Under the pieces are notes generated by a model. That model made no database searches and was not told the DNA's origin. It saw only the letters and a list, made by a program, of their open reading frames with translations. Position numbers and translations under genes: made by a program. This document shows, one piece after another, positions 55,658 through 64,000 of a stretch of DNA of 64,000 bases. Numbering within the stretch: position 1 is the first letter of the stretch; every line of letters starts with the position of its first letter. The DNA comes from Candidatus Fermentibacteraceae bacterium (GTDB taxonomy: Bacteria > Fermentibacterota > Fermentibacteria > Fermentibacterales > JCC-6): the NCBI GenBank assembly GCA_041750285.1, contig JBGSZS010000004.1, forward strand, positions 300,365-364,364. The letters run 5' to 3'.

Positions 55658-57498
55658 CGGAACTCGCCCGTTTCCATAACGGCCGCCGCCATTCCCTCGG
55701 CGTCCAGCCCCACGCGGGCGAGAATGCTTTTGTGGTTGCCGTGGGGCTGGAAGTCGTCGGGTATGCCGAGGCACGCGACCCTGGTCCCCTGAAGCACGGC
55801 CTTAAGCCCCTCGCCGAACCCCCCGGCAAGGCAGCCTTCCTCGGCGGTCACGACGCATCCGACGTTCCGGGCCAGGGCAAGTATCTCTTCGGTAGGCGCG
55901 GGCTTCAGCCATATCGGATCGTAGACCCCCACGCTTATCCCCCGGGCCGCAAGGATGTCCGACGCCTTCACGGCTTCGGTCGCCATCACGCCGACAGCGA
56001 CTATCATGGCGTCGGTTCCGGGCCTGATCAGCTGGCCCCTGCCGGGCGCCACCGAATCGGGCGGGGGGGCCACCCTTTCGGGCTCAAGACCCCTCGGGTA
56101 ACGGATGCCGACCGGTCCCGAGAGCCCGGGCAGCACACCCCTGAGAAGGGCCTCGAGAACGCCGCAGTCCCTCGGTGCGGCCAGCGAGGTTCCGGGAACC
56201 TGACGGAACAGCGCGATGTCGTGCACGCCGTGGTGGGTGGGGCCGTCGGCCCCCACTATGCCGGCCCTGTCCAGCGCGAACAGAACCGGGGCGTTCTGCA
56301 GGGCGGCGTCGTGAACGAGCTGGTCGAAGGACCTCTGGAAGAATGAGCTGTATATGGCGACGACCGGCTTGAGCCCGCCGAATGCAAGGCCGCAGGCGAA
56401 AGTAACGGCGTGCTGCTCGGCTATCCCGACGTCGAAGAACCTGCCGGGGTGCGCCGCGGCGAAACAGGAAAGCCCGGTTCCATCTGGCATGGCGGCGGTG
56501 ATGGCCACCAGTGAACTGTCTGACCGGGCCATGTCGGTAAGCACGCCGCCGAAAACCGAGGTGAAGCTCCGGCCCGGCGTGGCGCCCGAAGCGCCGCTTA
56601 TGCCGTGAAAATCGACGGGTTCGCACTCGGCCGGCTCGTAGCCCTTGCCCTTCTTGGTAACCACGTGCACGAGCACCGGGCCGTGCAGTTCCTTCACCCG
56701 TGAAAGCACCGCCGTGAGCAGGGGAATGTCGTGCCCGTCGACAGGGCCGATGTAGCGCACTCCGAACTCGTCGAAAACGTTCACGGGGTTCACTATCGTC
56801 TTCTTGACCGCCGCGCCCGCGTAACCGGCAGCCCGGCGAACGGTTTTTCCCACTGTGGGCACCTTGCCCAGCGTGTTCCAGACCTCGTCCTTCAGCCGGT
56901 TGTAGCGGGGGTCGGTTATGAGCTTCATGAAATGCCTGCTTATGGCACCCACATTGGGGGAGATGCTCATCCTGTTGTCGTTGAGTATCACGGTCATGTC
57001 GGTGTGTGCCTGGCCAAGGTTGTTCAGCCCCTCGAAGGCGAGGCCCGCGGTCATGCTGCCGTCGCCGATGACAGCGAGCACCCTGTGCTGTTCTCCCCTG
57101 AGGTCGCGGGCCATCGCAAAGCCCAGGGCGGCGCTTATGGAAGTGGAACTGTGGCCGGTGCCGAAGCAGTCGCAGGGGCTCTCGTCACGCTTCGGGAAGC
57201 CGCTGAGCCCCCCGGCCTGCCGCACCGTGTGAAAACGGTTGCGCCGGCCCGTCAGGAGCTTCCAGGGGTAGGTCTGGTGGCCCACGTCCCAGACTATCCT
57301 GTCAACCTCGGGGTCGTAGACGGAAAGGAGCGCCACGGTGAGTTCAACCACCCCGAGGCTGGAGGCCAGGTGCCCCCCCGTGGTGCACACTACGTCGATT
57401 ATTCGCTGCCTGACCTCGCGGGCCAGCAGCTCCTTCTCGGATGGGCTCAGCGCGGCCACGTCTCCCGGTGCGCAGATCCTGTCCAGTATGGATTCCAT
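55654..57498 (-). CDS. dxs: 1-deoxy-D-xylulose-5-phosphate synthase
   Basis: GGHLASSLG, WDVGHQ, GHSSTSIS, GDGS...LNDN, DVGIAEQH, DGPTHHG. Confidence 0.97.
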   Translation of the reverse strand: MESILDRICAPGDVAALSPSEKELLAREVRQRIIDVVCTTGGHLASSLGVVELTVALLSVYDPEVDRIVWDVGHQTYPWKLLTGRRNRFHTVRQAGGLSGFPKRDESPCDCFGTGHSSTSISAALGFAMARDLRGEQHRVLAVIGDGSMTAGLAFEGLNNLGQAHTDMTVILNDNRMSISPNVGAISRHFMKLITDPRYNRLKDEVWNTLGKVPTVGKTVRRAAGYAGAAVKKTIVNPVNVFDEFGVRYIGPVDGHDIPLLTAVLSRVKELHGPVLVHVVTKKGKGYEPAECEPVDFHGISGASGATPGRSFTSVFGGVLTDMARSDSSLVAITAAMPDGTGLSCFAAAHPGRFFDVGIAEQHAVTFACGLAFGGLKPVVAIYSSFFQRSFDQLVHDAALQNAPVLFALDRAGIVGADGPTHHGVHDIALFRQVPGTSLAAPRDCGVLEALLRGVLPGLSGPVGIRYPRGLEPERVAPPPDSVAPGRGQLIRPGTDAMIVAVGVMATEAVKASDILAARGISVGVYDPIWLKPAPTEEILALARNVGCVVTAEEGCLAGGFGEGLKAVLQGTRVACLGIPDDFQPHGNHKSILARVGLDAEGMAAAVMETGEFR

Positions 57499-58373
57499 CA
57501 GCTCCTCCTGCCAGGCAGGTAAAGGCAAAGGCCGGCCACCGGGCGCCAGCGGTCCCCCAGCGCAAGGAATGCATCCGAAAGGGCGGCGGCTTCGGCGGCT
57601 GCCCGGGCGGTCGCGCCGGAAAGGCCCAGGGCGGTCACGGGGTTCCATTTCCCCCGTGATGCGTCCTTGCCAACGGCCTTCCCCATCTCCGCCCGGGAAC
57701 CCGTGACGTCCAGTATGTCATCGGTGAGCTGAAAAAGGAACCCGAGCCTGTCCCCCAGTCCGGAAACGGTCGAAAGAACCTCGGGAGCGGCCCCGGCGGA
57801 CATTGCCCCGAGCTCCAGCGAGACACGTATGAGGGCGGCGGTCTTTCCGCGCACCATGGTCGTTATCCAGGCCTCGTCCGCGTCGTCGGGCGGAAACATG
57901 TCCATGAATTGACCGCCCACGAGGTATCCGGCGCCGGAAGCTTCGGCCAGGCGCAACATCATGCCGTTCACCCGTGCGGGCGGACCCGGCGTGAGGGAAA
58001 GGGTCCGGAACGCCTCGACGAGCAGCCTGTCACCAGCGAGGATCGCGTTGGCTTCGCCCGCGTGAACGTGCAGGGTGGGCATGCCCCGCCTGATGTCGTC
58101 GTCGTCCATCGATGGAAGGTCGTCGTGGACCAGGGAATAGGTGTGCATCATCTCCACGGCGCACGCTGCCGGAAGGGCCCTTTCAGGGTCGCCCCCGAGG
58201 GCCAGGCACGCCTGCCTCACAAGGAAGGGCCTGAGCCTTTTCCCCCCGGTGGAGAGGGCGTAGCGGCAGTGTTCGGGCAGCTGGGTACCGTCGTGGTACA
58301 TGGCAAGCGAATCGAGGCCTGCTTCAACCCATCGGGCAGCGGCTTCCAACCCGCTCTCAAGCATTGGATCCAT
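57498..58373 (-). CDS. ispA: Polyprenyl (farnesyl/geranylgeranyl) diphosphate synthase
   Basis: GGKRLRP, HDDLPSMDDDDIRRG, KTA, FQLTDDILD. Confidence 0.92.
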   Translation of the reverse strand: MDPMLESGLEAAARWVEAGLDSLAMYHDGTQLPEHCRYALSTGGKRLRPFLVRQACLALGGDPERALPAACAVEMMHTYSLVHDDLPSMDDDDIRRGMPTLHVHAGEANAILAGDRLLVEAFRTLSLTPGPPARVNGMMLRLAEASGAGYLVGGQFMDMFPPDDADEAWITTMVRGKTAALIRVSLELGAMSAGAAPEVLSTVSGLGDRLGFLFQLTDDILDVTGSRAEMGKAVGKDASRGKWNPVTALGLSGATARAAAEAAALSDAFLALGDRWRPVAGLCLYLPGRRS

Positions 58374-58397
58374 CGACCCGTCCTTCCGCAGCCGGCC

Positions 58398-59948
58398 CTA
58401 GCGGGCCGTTTCGGATGCCCTGACCTCCCTGATGACGGTAACCTTGATCTGACCCGGGTACTCCATCTCGCTCTCTATCTTCCTTGCGATCTCACGGGCC
58501 ATGTCCGATGCCCCGGCGTCGTCGATCTGCTCGGGTTTCACGGCGATCCGAAGCTCGCGGCCCGCCTGGATGGCGTAGGACTTGCCGACGCCCTCGAACG
58601 AGTCCGCAATGGCTTCCAGTTTGTGCAGGCGCCTCACGTAGAGCTCGAGCGTCTCACGGCGGGCTCCGGGCCTGGCGCTGCTGACCGCGTCGGCGGCCTG
58701 AACCAGAACCGCGTAGAGGCTCGTGGGCTCGATCTCCTCGTGATGGGCGCCGATGGCGTTGCAGACCAGCATCTGTTCGTCGAACCGCCTGGCAAGCTCC
58801 ATGCCCACGATGGCGTGCGAGCCTTCCAGCTCCTGGTCGGTGGCCTTGCCTATATCGTGCAGAAGCCCAACCCGCCTGGCCATGGCCGGGTCGAGCTTGA
58901 GCTCGCTGGCAAGAAGGCCGCAGATGTGGGCCACCTCCAGCGAGTGCTGGTACATGTTCTGTCCGTAGCTGGTGCGGTAGCGGAGGCGTCCCAGGTGCCT
59001 GATGAGCTGCGAGTGCAGCCCCGGAACGTTGGCTTCGAGCGACAGCTCGTTGCCCAGCTTCCTTATCTTCTTCTCCATGTCCGCCTGGGCCTTCTGCACG
59101 ATGCTCTCGATTCGGCCCGGGTGGATCCTGCCGTCGGTGATGAGCTTCTCGAGGGCCTGCCTTGCAACCTCGCGGCGGACCGGATCGAAGCAGGAGAGAA
59201 CAACGGCCTCGGGTGTGTCGTCTATCACAACGTCCACGCCGGTTGCGCTCTCGAACGCCCTTATGTTCCGCCCCTCGCGTCCGATGATGCGCCCCTTCAG
59301 CTCGTCGCTGGTGAGGCTGACCACCGAAACGCAGTTCTCCACTACATGGTTTGCGGCGCACCGCTGAACGGCGGTGGAGAGGATCATGGTGGCCTTCTCC
59401 TCCGACGCCCTCTCCGCCTCCTCGATTATTCCCCGGGTGATCTTGGCGGCCTCGTGACGGGCCTCCTCGCGCAGGTTCGAGAGAAGGAGGTTCCTGGCGT
59501 CCTCCCGGGTGAGCATGGAAATGTCTTCCAGCTTCTGGTTCTGTTCTTCCAGAAGCTTGTTGGCCCTGAGATGCTTGGCGTTGAGCGACTGCTCACGCTC
59601 GGCCAGGACCGTTTCGAGCCCCTTGAGCGACTCGGCCCTGGCATCCTGGGTCTCGCGGCTCCTCTGGATCTGCTCGAGCTGCCGGTTCATCCCTGTTTCC
59701 CGGCGGTCGAGCTCGGACTGGGCCTGGCGCAGCTTCTCGAGCTGCGAGGCCTTCTCCCCCGCGATTATCTCCCTTCCCTCGAGAAGGGCCTCCTTCTTCA
59801 GGGTTTCGGCTTCCCTCCTGCCCTCGGTGAGTATGCGCTCGACCTCGGACATCGCGCCCTTGCGCTCCCTGGAGACCAGGGTCCTGTGAAGCGTGAAACC
59901 CAGGAAGAAGACGACTACGGCGCCCAATCCCGCGATGGCGTATATCAT
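58398..59948 (-). CDS. rny: Ribonuclease Y
   Basis: N-terminal TM, coiled coil, KH ([12 protein letters not shown]), HD (LLHDIGK), ARPGAR. Confidence 0.97.
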   Translation of the reverse strand: MIYAIAGLGAVVVFFLGFTLHRTLVSRERKGAMSEVERILTEGRREAETLKKEALLEGREIIAGEKASQLEKLRQAQSELDRRETGMNRQLEQIQRSRETQDARAESLKGLETVLAEREQSLNAKHLRANKLLEEQNQKLEDISMLTREDARNLLLSNLREEARHEAAKITRGIIEEAERASEEKATMILSTAVQRCAANHVVENCVSVVSLTSDELKGRIIGREGRNIRAFESATGVDVVIDDTPEAVVLSCFDPVRREVARQALEKLITDGRIHPGRIESIVQKAQADMEKKIRKLGNELSLEANVPGLHSQLIRHLGRLRYRTSYGQNMYQHSLEVAHICGLLASELKLDPAMARRVGLLHDIGKATDQELEGSHAIVGMELARRFDEQMLVCNAIGAHHEEIEPTSLYAVLVQAADAVSSARPGARRETLELYVRRLHKLEAIADSFEGVGKSYAIQAGRELRIAVKPEQIDDAGASDMAREIARKIESEMEYPGQIKVTVIREVRASETAR

Positions 59949-59954
59949 TGCGTG

Positions 59955-60116
59955 CCCCCGTTCATCAGGCGCAGGTTCATTTATGGGTATCGGAAACCCG
60001 GCAACGCTTCAGAAGCGCGACCCGGCGGCCCTGCGCACACCACCAAGGGCACCGGGTTTCCGCGGTGTCAGCCCGTGCCGGCGGCTTTGCCTGAACCTGA
60101 AACTGAAACGGAGGGG
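59955..60116 (-). ncRNA. ssrS: Probable 6S RNA
   Basis: About 160-nt rod-like hairpin (caggttca/tgaacctg, cggaaacccgg/ccgggtttccg) with central bubble, at the usual zapA-rny position; strand assigned from synteny only. Confidence 0.6.
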
Positions 60117-60469
60117 ATGGCGGCCCTGTCGAGGAAAGAGGGTTCACGGCCGGAAGCTGCGTTCCGGTCCTCACCGCTCTTCTCCAGGGCTTTCTCTATC
60201 TTCTCGGCAAGGGAATCCAGAAAGCGGGCCTGGTTGCTCCGGCCCTCCTCGATGCTCTTCTCCAGTCTGAACAGCTCGTCCGTGATGTTCAGCGCCGCAA
60301 GAATAGCCACCTTGGAGGTGGAGGCCATGGTTATGTTGTCGGTCATCTCCCGCATGCGCATGTCAACAAAATGGGCGATCTCCGCCACATATGCCGGATC
60401 GCCCTCTCCCCGTATGGAGTATTCCCGCCCGTAGATGTTTACCCTTGTGCTGTCCGGACGGTCCGTCAT
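60068..60469 (-). CDS. zapA: Cell division protein ZapA
   Basis: VNIYGREY, VDMRMRE, AILAALNITDEL. Confidence 0.92.
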   Translation of the reverse strand: MTDRPDSTRVNIYGREYSIRGEGDPAYVAEIAHFVDMRMREMTDNITMASTSKVAILAALNITDELFRLEKSIEEGRSNQARFLDSLAEKIEKALEKSGEDRNAASGREPSFLDRAAIPSVSVSGSGKAAGTG

Positions 60470-60482
60470 TCGTGCGCGCTCC

Positions 60483-60749
60483 CTACTGCCGGTCCACTCG
60501 CTCCAGTTTCACAAGCAACGCCTCCAGCCTTTGCCTTACCTCCTGCCTCTCACGCAGGAGTCTGGCACTGTGAAGACGAAGGATCCTGTAACCTTCAGGA
60601 TCACCCTCTCCACTCTTGTGTTCCAACCGGCGCTCCAGTTCCGCCACCGTCTGGGCCAGCCTGTCCCTCTCCTCGGTTGTCTCCCGGAGTCGGAGAAGCA
60701 GGCGGTCAACGGCTTCGGTGAGCCTGAGCGAAGCGCCGGTCGAGGACAC
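60483..60749 (-). CDS. Short coiled-coil protein, ZapB-like
   Basis: 88-aa heptad-rich ORF directly upstream of zapA. Confidence 0.65.
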   Translation of the reverse strand: MSSTGASLRLTEAVDRLLLRLRETTEERDRLAQTVAELERRLEHKSGEGDPEGYRILRLHSARLLRERQEVRQRLEALLVKLERVDRQ

Positions 60750-60754
60750 TTCAA

Positions 60755-61111
60755 CTACCTCAGCGAGGTTCTCGCAACTTCAACGACTTTGCCGAAGGCC
60801 TGCGGGTCCCTCACGGCCATGTCGGCGAGAACCTTGCGGTCCAGCTCGACCCCGGCCTTCGTCAGGCCGTTAATGAACGAGCTGTAAGTCATTCCGTTCT
60901 CGCGGACCGCAGCGTTGATCCTGGTTATCCAAAGTACCCTGAAATCGCGTTTCTTGTTCCTGCGGTCGCGGTACTGGTACTGAAGGGCCTTCTTGTTGGC
61001 GTCGTCCGCGACGGTGTAGAGCTTGCGCCTGCCGCCGAACTTGCCCCGGGCATCCTTCATCACCTTCTTGTGTCTCTTGTGCCTTGCTACTGCGAATCTC
61101 ACCCTGCTCAT
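60755..61111 (-). CDS. rplT: 50S ribosomal protein L20
   Basis: [32 protein letters not shown]. Confidence 0.98.
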   Translation of the reverse strand: MSRVRFAVARHKRHKKVMKDARGKFGGRRKLYTVADDANKKALQYQYRDRRNKKRDFRVLWITRINAAVRENGMTYSSFINGLTKAGVELDRKVLADMAVRDPQAFGKVVEVARTSLR

Positions 61112-61130
61112 GCTGTTACCTCATCCGTTC

Positions 61131-61322
61131 TCAAGGCAGAAGCCTGCAGATCCTCTTGGTGTCCGGAGCGGAGGCTATTCCGCCTTTACGGAGATTCCTT
61201 TTGCGCTTGCTGCTCTTCTTGGTCTTGATGTGTCCGTTGTGACTGTGGCGCACCGTGATCTTGCCGGTGCCGGTCTTTCCGAAGCGCCTCGCGGCACCCC
61301 TGTGGGTCTTCATCTTTGGCAT
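61131..61322 (-). CDS. rpmI: 50S ribosomal protein L35
   Basis: [20 protein letters not shown]. Confidence 0.97.
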   Translation of the reverse strand: MPKMKTHRGAARRFGKTGTGKITVRHSHNGHIKTKKSSKRKRNLRKGGIASAPDTKRICRLLP

Positions 61323-61323
61323 G

Positions 61324-61866
61324 TCATTCCTCGGCGTTCTGGGACTTTGTCTGCTTCTCCCTCAGGGGGGCCAGTATCATCGACAGAAACTTGCCCTCCA
61401 TGACGGGTTCCTTCTCGATCTGGGCAAGGTCGGCAAGGTCTTCCGAAAGCTTGTTCAGAAGCTTGTGACCCTGATCCTGGTAGACTAGCTGCCTTCCCCT
61501 GAAAACAACCGTCGCCTTAACCTTGCAGCGGTCTTCAAGGAACTCACGCGCATGTTTCATCTTGAACGTGTAATCATGCACATCGGTGTTGGGCCTGAAC
61601 TTTACTTCCTTCAGACCGCCTGTCGTCTGCTTCTTGCGCACTTCCCTGGCCTTGCGGCTTTCCTGGTACTTGAACTTTCCGTAGTCCATTATCCGGGTCA
61701 CCGGAGGGTCGCTGGCGGAGCTTATCTCCACAAGGTCAAGCTCGACCTCCGTAGCCATTTCAAGAGCGCGGGACAGCGAGACAACACCAACATGATCACC
61801 GTTCTGATCGATGAGCCTCACATTCTGGCTTCTGATCTCACCGTTGACACGCGTAGTATCCCTGAT
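61324..61866 (-). CDS. infC: Translation initiation factor IF-3, probable ATC start
   Basis: [34 protein letters not shown]-7 nt-ATC at 61866. Confidence 0.95.
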   Translation of the reverse strand: MRDTTRVNGEIRSQNVRLIDQNGDHVGVVSLSRALEMATEVELDLVEISSASDPPVTRIMDYGKFKYQESRKAREVRKKQTTGGLKEVKFRPNTDVHDYTFKMKHAREFLEDRCKVKATVVFRGRQLVYQDQGHKLLNKLSEDLADLAQIEKEPVMEGKFLSMILAPLREKQTKSQNAEE

Positions 61867-61871
61867 AGCTG

Positions 61872-63809
61872 CTACCTCCGTTCCATAAAGGATGGTCTTG
61901 CGCATTCATCCAACACAACCTTGAGGGCGCTTTCCAGGGACATTGCCCCCAGGTCGCCCTTTCCATGCTTTCTCGGCGCAACAGTCCCCTCTCGCGCCTC
62001 GGTTTCGCCAAGGACGAACATGAAGGGAACCTTGCGGGTCTCCGCCTCGCGGATGCGATAGCCTATCGTGCCGCTGCGAAGGTCCGCGGTGCACCTTATC
62101 CCCGCATCCAGCGCTGCCGTTTCCACTTTTCGGGCGTACTCGTGCTGTGAAGCGGTAATGGGTAAAATAATCAGCTGGACCGGAGCAAGCCAACCCGGGA
62201 AATTTCCCGCGAAATGCTCGATGAGATTCCCGATGAACCTCTCCTCGGAGCCGAACAGGGCACGGTGCACCATGTACACCCTCTGCTCCTTGCCGTCGTC
62301 GCCCACGTAGGTGAGGTTGAACCGCGCCGGAATGTTGAAGTCGAACTGGATGGTGGGGCCCTGCCACATGCGGCCCAGGGCGTCGCGCATCTTTATGTCG
62401 ACCTTGGGGCCGTAGAAGGCGGCCTCGCCCAGAACGGCCTTGTACTTCTCCCCCATTTCCTCAAGGGCCTCGGCCATGGCCTTCTCGGCCTTGGCCCACT
62501 CTTCGGGAACGCCGGCGTAGTGGTCCATGTTGTCGGGGTCGGAAAGCGAAAGCTCTATCTCGTACCCGAAACCGAACAGGCGCAGGAAGAAGAGCGCGAA
62601 CCTTATCACGCCCTGCACCTCGCTCACCATCTGGTCTGCCGTGCAGAAGATGTGGCCGTCGTCGACCGTGAAGCCGCGCACCCGCATCAGGCCGTGTAGC
62701 ACTCCGCTGCGCTCACAGCGGTAGACCGTGCCAAGTTCGGCCAGGCGCAGGGGAAGCTCGCGGTAAGACCGCTTCTCGTTCTGGTAAATGATGATATGCC
62801 CCGGGCAGTTCATGGGCTTTAACGCGTACTCGCCCTTCTCCACCTCGGTGAAGTACATGTTGTCGTGGTAGTAGTCGTAGTGGCCCGAGGTCTTCCAGAG
62901 TTCGGCGGGGGCGATGTGGGGAGTGACCACCAGTTTGTAGCCGGCCCGCCTGTGGGCCTCCTTCCAGAAGCCTTCAAGCTCCTCGCGAAGGGCCGCCCCA
63001 TTGGGAAGCCAGTAGGCAAGCCCGGGACCGCCGGGACCGCCGATGGTGAAAAGCCCCATCTCGGGGCCGAGCTTGCGGTGATCACGGCGCTTGGCCTCTT
63101 CAAGAAGCTCGAGGTGGCCGGAGAGGGCCTCGCCGGTGTCGAACGCGGTGCCGTACACCCTGGTGAGCATGGGGTTGTTCTCGTCTCCCCGCCAGTATGC
63201 CCCGGCCACCGACAAAAGAGCGGTGTGCTTAAGGTAGCCCGAAGAGGGTACATGCGGCCCCCGGCACAGATCAACGAAGGAACCAAGCCTGTAGAGGCTT
63301 ACGCTTTCACCCTTCTCGCCTATCTCACGAAGAAGCTCGACCTTGAACCTCTCCCCCAGTGACTCGAAGAATGAAACGGCTTCCTCAAGGGAAAGATCGA
63401 TCCGTTCGAACGGTATGTTGAGCCCGACTATGCGCTTCATCTCGGCGGAGATGGCGTCGAGCGCGGAAGACCCGGGGAAGTCGGGTATGTCCATGTCGTA
63501 GTAGAAGCCGTCGCGGATGGCGGGACCTATCCCGAACCGGGCGCCGGGGTACAGGTTCTGCACCGCCGCCGCCAGAAGGTGCGACGAGCTGTGGCGAAGG
63601 ACCTCGGTGCCCACCTCGTCATCGAAGGTGATGATCCGCACAGCACCGGAGACTACCGGCGCGGAGAGGTCGTAAAGAGCACCGTCAACGCTGTAGGTCA
63701 GTGCCTTCTTCGCCAGCCCGCGGGAGATGGAGGCCGCGACCTGGGCGCCGGTAGTGCCCTGAGCAAACTCCTTCGAGCTGCCGTCGGGGAACACCAACTT
63801 CACCATCAT
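61872..63809 (-). CDS. thrS: Threonine-tRNA ligase
   Basis: TGS domain, RHSSSH, DLCRGPH, RDHRKLG, KPMNCP, GLMRVRGF, HRA. Confidence 0.98.
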   Translation of the reverse strand: MMVKLVFPDGSSKEFAQGTTGAQVAASISRGLAKKALTYSVDGALYDLSAPVVSGAVRIITFDDEVGTEVLRHSSSHLLAAAVQNLYPGARFGIGPAIRDGFYYDMDIPDFPGSSALDAISAEMKRIVGLNIPFERIDLSLEEAVSFFESLGERFKVELLREIGEKGESVSLYRLGSFVDLCRGPHVPSSGYLKHTALLSVAGAYWRGDENNPMLTRVYGTAFDTGEALSGHLELLEEAKRRDHRKLGPEMGLFTIGGPGGPGLAYWLPNGAALREELEGFWKEAHRRAGYKLVVTPHIAPAELWKTSGHYDYYHDNMYFTEVEKGEYALKPMNCPGHIIIYQNEKRSYRELPLRLAELGTVYRCERSGVLHGLMRVRGFTVDDGHIFCTADQMVSEVQGVIRFALFFLRLFGFGYEIELSLSDPDNMDHYAGVPEEWAKAEKAMAEALEEMGEKYKAVLGEAAFYGPKVDIKMRDALGRMWQGPTIQFDFNIPARFNLTYVGDDGKEQRVYMVHRALFGSEERFIGNLIEHFAGNFPGWLAPVQLIILPITASQHEYARKVETAALDAGIRCTADLRSGTIGYRIREAETRKVPFMFVLGETEAREGTVAPRKHGKGDLGAMSLESALKVVLDECARPSFMERR

Positions 63810-63851
63810 AGCCTCCCTCCTGGCCCACGGGGCCGAAAAAGTATAAAGAAA

Positions 63852-63928
63852 TGGTGGGCGATACTGGAATCGAACCAGTGACCTCTTGCATGTCAAGCAA
63901 GCACTCTAACCAACTGAGCTAATCGCCC
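63852..63928 (-). tRNA. tRNA-Val(GAC)
   Basis: GGGCGATTAGCTCAGTTGGTTAGAG...CTTGC-TTGACAT-GCAAG...GGTTCGATTCC...CGCCCACCA; encoded CCA. Confidence 0.97.
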
Positions 63929-63955
63929 ACCGCTAAGCTGTAAAAAGCGCTGTCT

Positions 63956-63995
63956 GGCGCGCGCTAATATCCTCAACCGAAGCACGTTCTGTCAA
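63956..63995 (-). promoter_or_regulatory. Sigma70 promoter for tRNA-Val/thrS with GC-rich discriminator
   Basis: TTGACA (63995-63990)-18 nt-GATATT (63971-63966)-AGCGCGCGCC. Confidence 0.65.
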
Positions 63996-64000
63996 GAGAC

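Noticed and set aside
57909..60434. 841-aa plus-strand ORF and other long antisense ORFs (e.g. 1319..2533, 21545..23029, 53029..54765)
   Set aside because: Shadow frames of well-supported minus-strand genes in high-GC DNA; no recognisable motifs.
1..64000. Prophage, transposase, CRISPR array, rRNA, reverse transcriptase
   Set aside because: No supporting motifs or repeat arrays were seen.

Overview
High-GC bacterial chromosome segment, almost all on the minus strand, from an anaerobic fermenter. It probably belongs to a candidate lineage of the FCB group such as Fermentibacteria; this is inferred from T9SS/FlgD-like C-terminal domains and the ParC/ParE type. Left to right it holds: a VapBC toxin-antitoxin pair and an ANT(2'')/Lnu-like nucleotidyltransferase; a buk-ptb-SSS transporter-2-oxoacid:ferredoxin oxidoreductase-cysC-MFS operon; purC; surface glycosylation genes; parE-parC; ackA; an oxidative-stress operon (rbr, dfx, ftn, AhpD-like, msrC, fprA); hisS; and a housekeeping block (tRNA-Val, thrS-infC-rpmI-rplT, zapB-like, zapA, 6S-like RNA, rny, ispA, dxs, nadK, recN, pgsA-like, smc, ftsY). 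Four things stand out. (1) A three-gene locus in which an RRE-radical SAM-SPASM enzyme directly follows a membrane protein ending in CACACACAGCACACAGGGR. (2) A secreted protein that the ORF track truncates, with two in-frame TGA codons (U-D-U) followed by a SECIS-like hairpin. (3) A PerR/Fur-like 7-1-7 operator and promoter hidden in the 3' end of a phosphatase gene. (4) G11 and G9 tracts in glycosylation genes. All calls come from motif recognition by eye; no database searches were run.
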